Translations under genes and position numbers: made by a program
Notes under the pieces: model-generated
Databases searched by the model: none
What the model was told of the DNA's origin: nothing
The model's input: the letters and a program-made list of their open reading frames with translations, nothing else
In this document: one piece after another, positions 39,593-51,400 of the stretch
Position numbering within the stretch: position 1 is the first letter of the stretch
How the letters are laid out: every line of letters starts with the position of its first letter
Assembly (NCBI GenBank): GCA_011109175.1
Contig: RDEW01000001.1
Location: 1,987,485 to 2,051,484 of the forward strand
Direction of reading: 5' to 3'
From: Dicyema japonicum
Taxonomy: Eukaryota; Animalia; Dicyemida
Length of the DNA stretch: 64,000 bases

Positions 39593-41084
39593 TGTCACAT
39601 GGGCGGCGCGTAACGCATGGGCAGCCTGTTACATTTTTTCGACCTTGAAAAGGTCTTTTGATTATCCGACATTTAATTTTGTATATCCGATTTATATCGT
39701 GATTTAATCCTGCTAAATTAGTTTTTTATTCATAAATGTTATAATTATAAAGATTTTATTTTTTTATAGCGGTTAACCTATATTTCTAGCGTGATTTATA
39801 GCATGGAAGATTATTTTGTTGCAATGGATTTTTACAAAGGTTTTGTGAAAGATTGCGTTGAATATCAAACTTTAAAAGATGCTTTGCATGATAAATTTCC
39901 CGAAAATCTTCCGAGGCATCGAAAATATAGGCTTGTAGAGAAGATAGAGAATTTTCCATTATCAATGACAGGTATTGTAAATTTGCAATAATTTTAGACT
40001 GTATCTTAAATCAACTTATTTTAAGTTAGTCATATCCCTGGATAATGAAACCGAAATGGAGCATGTGCGAAATCGTTGCACGAGTTTTCACACGGAGGAG
40101 TCAATAAAATTGAGTATGAATGTCGACAAAGATACTTCACTGTAAAGAATGAATTTTTCAGAAAAGTCATTCGAAATTGTGAAGTCTGCAAATTTTCGAG
40201 TCTTTTAAAATTCGTGATTTTTTATAATTGTACATTGGAGATATAAATCACCATGTGTTTGATTCTTCTCCAAATGAACGTTTTCAGGTAGATCTAATAG
40301 ACCTGAAAAAATTTTCAACATTAAATGAAAATTTCAAATGGATTTTAACGGTCATTGACATATATAGTAGGTTGGTTTTTTTTAATTTATAGATTCGCTT
40401 TTGTACGACCACTCTATAATTTGTCTGGTAAAGAAGTATGTGAAAACTTAAGATCTTTGTTCCGCCTGAATGGGCCATGTAAATTTCTTTAGTCGGACAA
40501 TGGTTCTGAATTTAAAAATCAAGAAATAACAAAACTTTGCGAAGATTTTAACATTAAGCAAATTCACGCAAAGCCTAACAATCCACGAGCACAAGGAATA
40601 GTCGAAAGATTTAATCAGACGATCACGAGGAAGTTGTCAAAAATGCTGGATAACAGTGAAAAAAAGTGGCTTGATAAATTAGAAAGTGCTGTCTACAGTT
40701 ACAACATATCGGTCCATTCATTTTCTAACGAAAGTCCTTTCGAAAGATATCGAGGAATTAAGGGAATAAATTCAATAATTCATGGTTATACTTATATCAC
40801 ATTATGACTTAGATAATTTAAGTGATGAGTGTGCGATTCCAGAACAAATTGACGATTTGGTTAATTGTTCGACTCCAGAATCTATTGAAAATTCACGTAG
40901 GTTGATTTAAAAAATTTATATCTAGATAATTCCCAGTCGACTGTATTAATGAGTAGACTAAAAAAAGTTACTTAAATTTAATTTTTTTGTGGTTAATAAA
41001 TCATTTATAAAATTAATTGAAGTTAATCTTGGTTCAAGGTTAATGTAACAGGCTGCCCATAAGTAACGCTTGGCCCATATGACA
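39593..41084 (+). mobile_element. Ginger-type DNA transposon (Gypsy-like integrase, TGT...ACA TIRs) with a micro-intron; inactivated
   Basis: 43-bp TIRs (36/43 identical): TGTCACATGGG...GCAGCCTGTTACATT. HHCC zinc motif H...HGGVNKIE...C..C, then ERFQVDLID, VIDIYSR|FAFVRPL (22-nt intron 40371-40392), SDNGSEF and QGIVERFNQT. In-frame TAG just before SDNG. No RT or LTR. Flanked by TA, but no clean 4-bp TSD. Confidence 0.85.
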
Positions 41085-42699
41085 TATATTAACCTCAAAT
41101 AGAAGGCTGACTACTCACGTAATCTCTGATTTTCAATTCAAGCAAATCCCATGTACGGGAGTTACTTTGGAATATGTAAATAATGGTATTTCTTCCCAAC
41201 GAAAATTGACAGTCCTCACAGATCTGAGTATTTCAAGATCTGAAGCCATCATGTCCCCACTAGAATATTTACCTCGAATGAGTACCCAGTTGGGAGGTAG
41301 ATCAGACTCCCCTCAATTATTAGGCAATCCTCAAAGTCGTAGATGTTCGAATGAGTAATTTCAGAAATCTTCCCATTCCTGTAGGTCGAACATAGTAGGG
41401 TGATCAGGGAGAACAGACCATTATGGAGTTCTACCAGAACTGACCCTCAAACAGACATTCCTGAAGGCAATCTCCCCTGGGAGACAGAAACTCTGGGAAA
41501 ATTTATAGTCCACAGATACTGAGGCATGAGGGAGAGGTAATACCTTTATTAATATAATTAGAGGTCGTTGTGGTCTTCAATCTGACACAAATTGGCGCAC
41601 TTGCTTTCAATATGCATTGATCAGAACATATTCTATGGCAACGGAGTTTCTTAACTAGTAGAATATTGATAATCAAATGAACAGATCTGGCACTCATTCT
41701 CAGACCAGAAGTAGGATTGTGATTGTAGCCTTGGCAGTGGGAAGGGACATGGTGTCTCTGCTGTATTATTTATTCAAATGGATCTTTCGGGGAAATCAGT
41801 CACAATCTTCTGTCTTGACTTGTCAACACAAATTCTTCAAAGGATATGAATCCCCTCACATTCCTCACATAAATGGATCCCTGGATAATTCTACGATCAG
41901 AAATCAAATTATCAAACCAGCAAGTGTTCGAACGTCGAAATTCTCTATTTGGTTGTCTGAGATCATGATCCCTCTGCCCATGAAGAGATTATTCCCCATA
42001 ATCAAGCCCAGATTGGACAATTTCAGTTTCTTGGCAGTAACCTTGTATATTAGAAGATAGTCAGTTATCTTCAGTATTCATTAAAAAATCCTCACGAATT
42101 CCTACAAGAAAATTGAGAGTCTCGTTTTGCTGGAAGCTTACATGTTTCCAGAGGACCCACCACTTTGGTGCAACTTCCGTATATACTTATGTACAACCTG
42201 ACTCGATCCACACCAGAAAAAGTCGACAAACCATTAGTTATGGAATAACAGACTACCATACAACAGAATAAGACCTTTCTTGCCGACCCTTGTCTGTGAA
42301 ATATGGGAATATGTCAGGAAAAGTATCAAAAGCAGCGACATTACACACGAAATGGCATTCTTGGGTGATTTTCGTTTTTATATAGTGACCTAACGATTAA
42401 TTTTTCGCGCTTATAATAATTACAGCTGTCAGCTAAATCTGCATCTGTAATTGAGAGTGCTTTGAGTGAGTTTTTTTGACATTCTTAAGTGCCTTAAGGC
42501 GATTAATGACAAATTGGAAGAGTTACTGCTGTTTTATTAAATTTCATGTCAGATTTTAATGAAATTTATTTCCTTGTTGTAACAGTTCATGCAGACTTGG
42601 AACTCGTGTTATTCGGAATTATTAGATCAATTGAAGCACTTGGATTCTTCACCTTTAAGATGAATCATTTATCCAACTTTAATTTGCATGCAATTCAAA

Positions 42700-42900
42700 T
42701 TTTTTTTAAATTGATTTTAACGTCCAAGTTTCTTTAGGAAACGAATCGATTTACCACTTATTCCTCAAGTTGTCTCGACCACAATCGGATAGAACGCGAA
42801 TCGGTCTCGTAAGGCTTCGTACTTCTCATTTGCTCTCATCGCTTTTCTACGGCATGGAGTGTGTCTACCACACTCCCGACAATGTTGGATGGCAAAGTCG
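42700..42900 (-). mobile_element. CRE-like endonuclease C-terminal fragment
   Basis: RANEKYEALRDRFAFYPIVVET; homologous to 59990-60100. Confidence 0.65.
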
Positions 42901-43399
42901 AACTTGATAATTTTCAATTTATTTCCAAAATTCTGTTTTGGTAACGTGCGGTCTTGGGGATTGGCTCAGATTGGTGATACCCGGTTCAATAGGTTTTCTG
43001 AAAAGAACAAGAGTCATCCCTGCTAAAATTTGCGGTGATGATTTCATAGATCCTCAGCTTTCATGTCGAGTCATGGTGGAAAAGCAACGAGATCACGAAC
43101 TTCTTCTCCACCAAAGCATAATTATAGTGATTTGAAATCGATTCGGCAACTCAAATATTAGTGAAAACATTGATTAAACAAATTGTTTGAATATTCCTCA
43201 TTTTTGACGTAATCTCATTACTCAGAAATTCCTACTGATATAAGATCTCATACATTTCATAATAAAGACACCACAAACTTTTCAACAGACAACACCAAAG
43301 AACCGACAAATACCATTTAATCATCGCTGATCAACCCATTTTCTAAGGCATACCACAAGCATTAAAGCCAACTTAGCAAAATCTAGTTAACGACTTATA

Positions 43400-43930
43400 A
43401 AGTGAATCCCGACTAATCAGTCCACCTTACGTCATAAGATCCACTGATGATGTAGTCCTGTTTGAATCGAATACACCTCACCAGATCATCGTGCCCAGTC
43501 AGTACTCGCAAGCAGAATCCGTTCACAACGTCCCATAGCCTTATAGTCTTGTCCGAACTCCCACTACCCACCACATCTCTTTTTTGGTGAAGACAGGTGA
43601 TCCCCCGTTTGTGGCCGAACAAACTCGTCGTTATTTGGAATGTCTCCCTCGACCAAACCTTCCATTAAGCCCAATCCATACTATTATAGAACGATCCCCG
43701 GAAGCAGTCACAACGTAGGTATCGTCAACACAAGCACACAGTGGACGAGTGATCCTCTGGCATCGTTGAGTTTGGCCTCCTTTTCTTTTTATTAGGTCTT
43801 CCAAGGGGGTAGGTGTAGAATTTAGATCGCCTTTGATCCAGTTTTCTATCACGGAAAACGCTTTTTTTGGGTTGCCGAAGTTCTCTGGCATTCGTCCAAG
43901 AAATTGAGGGACCCCATGATGCACATGCAT
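43400..43930 (-). pseudogene. BTRC: beta-TrCP/Slimb (FBXW1/11) WD40 gene fragment retaining a 23-nt intron
   Basis: Splicing 43681-43659 gives DDTYVVTASGDRSII|VWSRETFQITTSLFGHKRGITCLHQKRDVVGSGSSDKTIRLWDVVNGFCLRVLTGHDDLVRCIRFKQDYIISGSYD. This matches beta-TrCP DDKYIVSASGDRTIKVW...GHKRGIACLQY...SGSSDNTIRLWD...GHEELVRCIRF. The upstream part is frameshifted, and no F-box or final WD repeat is recognisable. Confidence 0.85.
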
Positions 43931-43949
43931 ATGATATGCATGGCTCGAC

Positions 43950-44750
43950 GTACTAGCTGTATAGTGATTTCAGAACGCGATGACTTCCGATCTTCCATAA
44001 ACCAGAGATCCCTTTTAAGAGGTTGATTTTCTTTTCAAATTTGTTTAAAACATTTCCCACGTGGCGCGAGAAAGTCATATGTGTGTCGAATACTACTCCC
44101 AGGATCTTCTGCCATTTTTGGAATGGAAACTTGCTTCCATCTGCTTCTATATCCATTCTCTTATCAGAGGTAAGGAAAGAATTAACCAAATTTTCCGAGC
44201 TGATCGACAGACTGTTTTCATTTAACCAGCAGCTTAAGCAGTTTACAAGTAATTGTAATCTCTCCGATGCGAACTGAACGTCTTAATCCCTGGATGCAAT
44301 AACAATATCATTTGCATAAGCCAGTAAAAGGTGATCCTCATGCTCCGGAGTCGGGATATCATTCAAGAAAAGGTTGAAGAGAATAGGGGACAGATGAGAT
44401 CCTTGAAGTATAACATTTGGAATTAAGAAAGTTTCCCCACAGACTCGTCCTCTTCGTCCACTGAGGAAATTTACCAGCCATAGTTTGAAATTACCAGGTA
44501 TATTTGTCTGATAGATTTTCCTGGTGAGTCTTTTTTTGGAATGGAGTCGAATGCCTTTTGAATGTCTACAGAACATAGAATTGTCTTTTTGTGCCTGGGT
44601 TTGTTGGTGAACCCCGAGCGAATAAATCAAGGGATAGTAGGTGGGTATTTGTCGAGTGAAGGGATCTAACTCCGTGTTGGAATGGTTTCTCTGGGATTGT
44701 TCCTCTGAAATCCTCCAGATTTACGTCAACCAAACGATATTCAGTAATAA
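43950..44750 (-). mobile_element. Jockey/I-like LINE RT fragment
   Basis: QGSHLSPILFNLFLNDI, YANDIVI and ILGVVFDTHMTFSRHV; same family as 22860-24480. Confidence 0.85.
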
Positions 44751-44849
44751 TCCGGAAAAGGTTCCAGTTTACGAATTTGTATATGTAGGTCGGTTTTTTT
44801 GGTGAGGTGGTGACGTGCCTCGTTTCTTCTCTGTACAACGGTTAAGAAA

Positions 44850-47800
44850 AATGTCTGAAAAACACTCATCATACAATCGAGAACTCAGGCTAATGACGTT
44901 CAACGTACGTGGAATATCGAAAGATTGGACAAGGAAGAAAGTACTTTGTGACGATCTCGAGAAATACAAAATATCTATTGGCTGCCTACAAGAGACGAAA
45001 ATCGAAAATGGATGCGATGAGACATGGAACAACTACCGACTGATTCTCTTCCAACTGAATGCAAGCACTACGGCATGGGATTTGCCCTACACGTGGATTA
45101 CCTCAAAAAATTACATCGCTTTTGGAGAGTCAACGACCGAATATGTGTCCTACAAGTCAAACTAAATGAACTATGCCCGTCCAAGAGTCTACTAACCGTC
45201 ATAAATGTCTATGCACCACACTGTGGACGAGTAATCAAGAACCCAGTGAACTCGAGGAATTCTACTCAGAACTATCAAGCACATACTCTAACAATGCTTC
45301 CTCGTCTCTTGTCTTTGTTGCGGGAGATATGAATGCAAAGGCCGGAATGCGAATGGGGCCCGAAGAATCCTCTATTGGAAGACACGGGCGCGGAAGGAGA
45401 AATGCATCTGGAGCCTCTCTGGTAAACTTCTGCGAGGCGAATAGCCTTTTCCTGTGCAACACGGCCTTTACGCACTCAGCTTGCCACAAGACGACGTGGC
45501 ACGGACAAAGAAAAAACTCTGTCGGAGAGACCGTGAATATATATAATCAAATCGACTACATTATCTGCCGAAAGTCTGATAAACACCTGATAAATGATGC
45601 ACGTTCCTACCAGGGAACAACAACCGACAGTGACCACAGGATCGTCATTGCAAAACTTTGTGTAAAAAAGCATCTGACTGGGAAAAATACATTAAAAACG
45701 CGAAGAAGGCGAGACAAAGACCCAATATATACTTTCAGACAGAAAAATTGTGGTTAGAGCCAACTTGTAGAGCTAAATATCACGAACAAATCGAGACTCT
45801 TATGGTGAAAACCGCACCGGAATCATCAGTACGAACTCTGTGGGATCAAACAAAACAGGCAATCTCCAAGTCGGCCAAAATATGCCTTGGAGTCCGAAAT
45901 CATCACGCCCTAAAATTGGATCACCACCCGAACGTGCCAAATATGGCAAAGCATTGCAGAGAGCTACGACTAAAAGCGGCAAACACGTCAGACGAGAGTA
46001 AAAAAAAGAGCTTAATATCCAACAAAGGGAACTAAAGTGGAAAATCAAAAAGATGAACAGAAAACATTCACGGGAAATTATTACATCCCTATTAAAAGAT
46101 GTGGAATGTCTAAAAGACAATTCAAGGATGTATGCGGCTTTGCGGCTGCTGCGGACAAAGAAAGGACAAAACATCCTTCACATCAAAGACAAAGATGGAA
46201 AATTCGTGGGTAACCCGAAAGAAAAAGCAGAATTGATTGCACGACACTTCGAAACACTGTTGAATAAAGAAAATAATGACTTTCCCCCTTTCCAAGGAAA
46301 AGCAAAGGCGCTAAAAATCCCAATCACAGTGGAAGAGGTGGAATTAGCGATAAATAAACTGAAGAACAACAAGAGTGCTGGGCCGGACAACATAAGCCCT
46401 GAGCTCCTAAAATATGGGCCAAAAAAACTTAGCGACACAATTGCAAAAACCCTAAATGCCGTCTTTGAAACTAATACCGATCTAGGACTTGGAAATGGAT
46501 TATTAATACCCATACAAAAACCGAACAAATCAAAAGGACCAGTAGAAAATCTCCGCCCGATAATACTTCTGAATTCGATACGCAAGGTGCTGGCAAACAT
46601 TGCACTAAGCCGGATAAAGGGTATGGCGAATCTATACCTACCAGCAAGTCAAAGTGGGTTCCGAGAAGGGAGGTCTACGGCAGACATTGTATGGAGCCAC
46701 AGATGGCGCTGCGCAACGCACCAAAGATTCAAGAGCGCAACAACCGTGTTGGGAATAGATCTCTCCAGAGCTTTCGACTCAATAAACAGACAGAAACTGA
46801 TGAATGTGCTTGAGCAAATATTGGATGAATCGTCGGTTAGGATAATCAGACTACTACTTGCGAACACAAGACTATCTGTGAGGACAGAAGGAGCAACTTC
46901 CCGCAGTTTCAAAACAACGATTGGGACACCCCAGGGTGATTCCCTCTCCCTTTACTATTCACCATATACCTTGAATCTGCACTCCGCGACCTCCGTAAAT
47001 GCTATATAGGAGACATAGAAGAGACATCTTATGCGGATGATGTGGATTTTGTATCACGGGATGTGACCGCACTCCAACACCTGCTAGAAAATGCACCTGC
47101 GGAGCTTGAGAAATGGTTTCTCAGCGTAAATGTTAACAAAACTGAAATTACGGAAATCAAAAGAGAAGACGATATTACTCAGAAAGATGGAGACGTACTA
47201 ATAAGCTCGGCTCTCTACTAGGAGACGCTGAAGATGTACTGAGGAGGAAAACACTGGCAAATGCGGCAATGGCTAAACTGAAGAAAGGATGGCTAAGGGC
47301 CAAAGGACTTGGAATTGACATCAGATGCAGGCTTTACAACGCGTTTGTGAAACCGATCCTACTGTATAACGCTGGGACATGGGGAAGTTCCTTCAACGAA
47401 CTATTGAAACTGGATTCGTTCCATAGAAGGCAACTAAGAAGCTTACTCGGAATGGAGTGGCCACGTAGAATATCAACCACTGGTATCTACAACAAGTGTA
47501 TGTGTTCTTACATCTGCAAGGATGTGATAGATGCCCGGTGGAGGCTATTTGGGCATGTACTAAGAATGAACCCGGACGCACCCGCTAACAAAGCGATGGA
47601 AGATTACTTTGACAGATGCGAAAAACCCTTCCGCGGACGACCTAGATCGACACTTCCGACAGCCCTAAACAAAGACTTAAATCGTGTGAGAAAAAATCTA
47701 AAGACGGGAGACGACCTGGACGAATTGAGATCACTCGCATTCGACAGAGGAAGATGGAAAAGACTAACTATAAATATTGTTTCTTTGAGTGTTGCACATG

Positions 47801-47856
47801 CGGGGCTATAATCATTATGGCTTTCGTGAAAGTGCTTTAATAATAATAATAATAAG
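44850..47856 (+). mobile_element. Near full-length RTE-like LINE (APE-RT) with (TAA)n tail; several frameshifts
   Basis: MTFNVRG, GCLQETK, NVYAP, AGDMNAK, QIDYII, SDHRIV; then SAGPDNI, RPIILLN, QSGFREGRST, IDLSRAFDSI, GTPQGD, YADD, RWRLFGHVLRM. Stop at 47811 and TAATAATAATAATAATAAG at ~47838-47856. The best-preserved TE in the window. Confidence 0.95.
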
Positions 47857-47859
47857 GTC

Positions 47860-48420
47860 GGTTTCTTCTTATCACAAATACCTCCCTCCTGATCTTCAAT
47901 AAAATAGGATTGTGATCGCTTCTGGTATCGTATATGACGGATCAAGTTACTCTGTAAAGAGAGTTGGATAGCAAAGAGTGATGTCTGGGGATGTAGGTTG
48001 GTCAGAATTCCTGAAAGGGGTTCTTGTGTGTTTCGAGGGGTCATTAATGATCATCAGTTTTCCAGACTGCGAGAGTAGAGGTCTTTCTTTCTCATCGGGA
48101 ATGTTTGCCATTCAGGTCTCCGCAGATCAATATATCCCGCATATTTTCCAAAGTAGATAAGTCAATCATTGAATACTTCTTAGGGCATGAGACAGGAGGA
48201 AATATATAGATGTTTACCAGAAACAATTTTCCTTTTGTTGAACTCACAGATTCCAATGGTTTCCGTAGTTTCATCGTCCCCAAGGAGTTTCTTTATTTCT
48301 GATGAACAGTCATGATACTTGAGTTCTTTTCTAATAATAATTAGTAGTCTACCTAAACATTTCTCCGTACGATCTATCAGAATAACATTGAATCCAGGAA
48401 AAATAGTATATGTATTTTTA
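47860..48420 (-). mobile_element. APE fragment of a Jockey/I-like LINE
   Basis: LVNIYI.PP, ILICGDLNGKHSR and SPDITL motifs. Confidence 0.75.
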
Positions 48421-48475
48421 CTAAAATAATAATAATAAAATAATCAATAAAAATCGAAATGCAACGTCTAGCGCA

Positions 48476-49300
48476 GGGGTGTCAAACTCATTTCTTCCGC
48501 GTGCCGACTATTAAATTTTGATTTATTTATTTAGCCCGGATACATCAAAAGAAAAGTTAAAGGAAACAACTAAGTGTATCCAGTTTCCACTTCTACAGAA
48601 ACAGAGTCCATCCGGAATCAATATAAAAAGTAAAATACGTCCATAGTTGCAGTTGTGGGAACCCCTCCAGTGGAGTGGGGGAGAGCAAATGATCCTTTTT
48701 CGTGCCGGCCTGAACTGGGCGCCACCTAGACAGGTGGATCACATGACGCCACTCTAATAAGAGGAGAGAGGAAGAACAGACAAGCAAGCAGGAAACTTCA
48801 ACCAGTTAACCACGCAGCACCACATGGCGCCAAGCGGCAAAATTGTTCAATATCATTTAAAAAGATATTTGATTCATACTATGATTTTTATAATATTTTG
48901 AAATTTTTTTTAATAATTTAAAAACATTTAACAACATATTTATTAATTTTTATAATTACAATATGTTCCTGAAACTTGACATCTTTTTTTCTTCATAATA
49001 GCGTCAATATCTGGTGTAAAATCCTGAGTTACCGTCAATCTTAAAATTTCACTTAGATGAGTGTGTGAGAAAATTAATCAGATTATAATTAATTTTGTTA
49101 TCTCATTAATTCACAAATGATGCACCCTAAACATTTTTGTGATAGTATTTATAGCATCATTGTTTTTTATTTACATCTCGATATAGTTGAGCATAGTGAA
49201 TTTTTCAGTTTGACAGAACTGGGGGAATCTGTTGCCATTTCTTTGGAGAGTAAAGCTTAACCTTAAGATCCCTTTATGGATTTGTATAAATGAAAGAAAA
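48476..49300 (-). mobile_element. 3' fragment of a Buster/SPIN-like hAT transposon
   Basis: GFTPDIDAIMKKKCQVSG (~49030-48970) is typical of the GTF2IRD2/SPIN-like C-terminus. The hAT-type end CAGGGGTGTCAAACTC is at ~48476. An unrelated repeat piece (shared with 22010-22120) lies inside at 48566-48700. Confidence 0.65.
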
Positions 49301-49670
49301 TAAAGTAAATTATTATAGGCACGTACGCGATGCCAAGATCATGACAAAGCATTTGCAACACGAAAAAGTAACAATCTAATTAACATCGCCCGTCTTTTCG
49401 ATCCATCTAATTAAAAATCAATTCCAAAGACCACTGTTAAACCAAAAAAAACTAACTAAGTGATCCCGACAAATTGAATCATGGCTCTCATCCTTGCTCG
49501 GTGTTGATCACTTGAGCCTACAAAAGTTCGCTGCGGGCGAGCACTTCCTTCTTGGCGTTAGTGTCCTTTCTCATTTTTTTTCAATTAGTGTCTCTAAAAT
49601 TAACATCGCCAAAGTAAATAATATATAAAATAATTTAAAAAATATAAATAATATATAAATAATAATTTAA

Positions 49671-50647
49671 ATGAGTGATGATAAGTCTGCAGTAATCCAA
49701 GTAAAGAAGAAATTCAAGACAGTGCATCAGAACGACAAATTATACAGAAATACAGATCCTCTGCGTGCAATACTAATATTAGGTGTGGAAAATTCAGTGA
49801 GAGACTTAACATTACTACAAATGCCAGTGGTATTGTTAGGAGAGAACTTTAAAGCATATAGAAAAATAAAAGTGGAGAACAGTTCATTTTCATTGTAAGT
49901 AATAATAAATAAATTAAGTCATAATTTACCAAAACAGTACAAACTAAAGGAATATGCCCCAATGGTATTTCGTTCCCTCAGAGAGAGATTCCAATTGAGT
50001 GAACATGTTTATCAGAAATGCATATCTTTGGCTACAGATTCTCAAATGAGTATATTTGACAGCAAAAGAGTTTTGAATTGTGATGGACTACAAGTGATAC
50101 AAATAGATGGTGATGCCTTAATGTCTATGCTTCAGTGCTTAAAACCTTATTATGAAGTATTAATTGTTATAATATTAGTACATTGTTGAGAGGAATGGTA
50201 ATGTTCTGCTACTACAACTTATTTCCTTATTTAGAATTACACTCAATGATAACAAATCATATTTTGTTATAACACGTGCACTATCGCCAAATAATGCAAC
50301 TCATTATATAATAACACCGCATTCACAGATTCGCATTTCAATTGGCTTGGATCAATATAATAATATTATTAAACAATTAACTAATGATCTTCAGGTTTAT
50401 TTTTAACTTTATTTATTAGTTCATTACTTCCAACAATATAAATAATTATGCTCTTATCCTCTCTACTACTAATAATGATCATACTTCTCATTCTGACTTT
50501 TATCCTATTCACTCTTTGGATAATAATCATCTATATTTTATTACTCTCTCCTGTTTCATCCCCATTAGTAAAACACAACTTTCATCACCATTATTAAAAC
50601 ACACCGTTAATAACATTATTCAAGATTTTAATAAATTATTCACTTGA
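49671..50647 (+). CDS. PIP4K2: PIP4K2 (type II PI5P 4-kinase)-like protein with degenerate catalytic motifs (301 aa, 4 exons)
   Basis: Exons 49671-49894, 49919-50156, 50179-50394, 50420-50647; introns 24, 22 and 25 nt. KLYRNTDPLRAILILGVENSV..L...QMPVVLLGENFKAYRKIKVEN...NLPKQYKLKEYAPMVFRSLRERF and LKPYYEYIVERNGNVLL match PIP4K2A [20 protein letters not shown]...FKAYSKIKVDN...KEYCPMVFRNLRERF and YHQYIVECHGITLL. Confidence 0.92.
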
Positions 50648-50855
50648 TTAATAGTTAATATTTTATTATACTTTATAATAATTATTAAAATCACTAAGCT
50701 TCTTTTGTTTGATTCATTATGAAAAGATACTGATGTAAAACGTGCTTTGTGGTTGGTTGAATGTCACGTAACTCACCAAACTGGAGACATTTTAAAGAAA
50801 AGAGCTACACTGTCCCTATTTTACAAGGATGGATTGACAAGGACGGACTGTCTCG

Positions 50856-51400
50856 GTGTGGGGACGTCGAATCGAACCACGGCCCCTAAAGATCATGCAA
50901 ATAAATATAAACGGGATCAAATGTAAGATTATCGAACTCAGAAACCTTATGGAGAAATATAGAATTGACGTCCTTCGATTACAAAATTCCAGACTCAGAA
51001 GTGCAAGTACAAATCCAAAATTCCCTGGATATTCAATTATCCGCAGAGATACATGTGGAAAACTTGGGGGAGGCTTACTAAGTATCATACGAAACGGGAT
51101 CCCTTATAAGATATCACCAAATACGTCTACAGCCATCTCCCAAACCATGAAAGTATCGAAATTCTGGCCACAAAAATTTAACTCCCAAGGTTACGTCTTA
51201 CTCTGATCAATTCATATCTATCTCCTTCATCATCAGCCACTTGTCCAAAACTTTCGTCGATCAGCTGCTCACTAAGGAACGTTCTTCTTTGCGGTGACCT
51301 AAATACAAAATACCCGCTCTGGCTGAGAGGTGAGCAAAATTGTATGGTGTTGAAGGCGTTTTTAATATGAATCTTGAGGATCACATGAGGAATATTAATG
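50856..51400 (+). mobile_element. APE fragment of a Jockey/I-like LINE
   Basis: LKIMQININGI...IDVLRLQ...FPGYSIIRRD...GGGLLSIIR, then LCGDLN. Confidence 0.8.
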
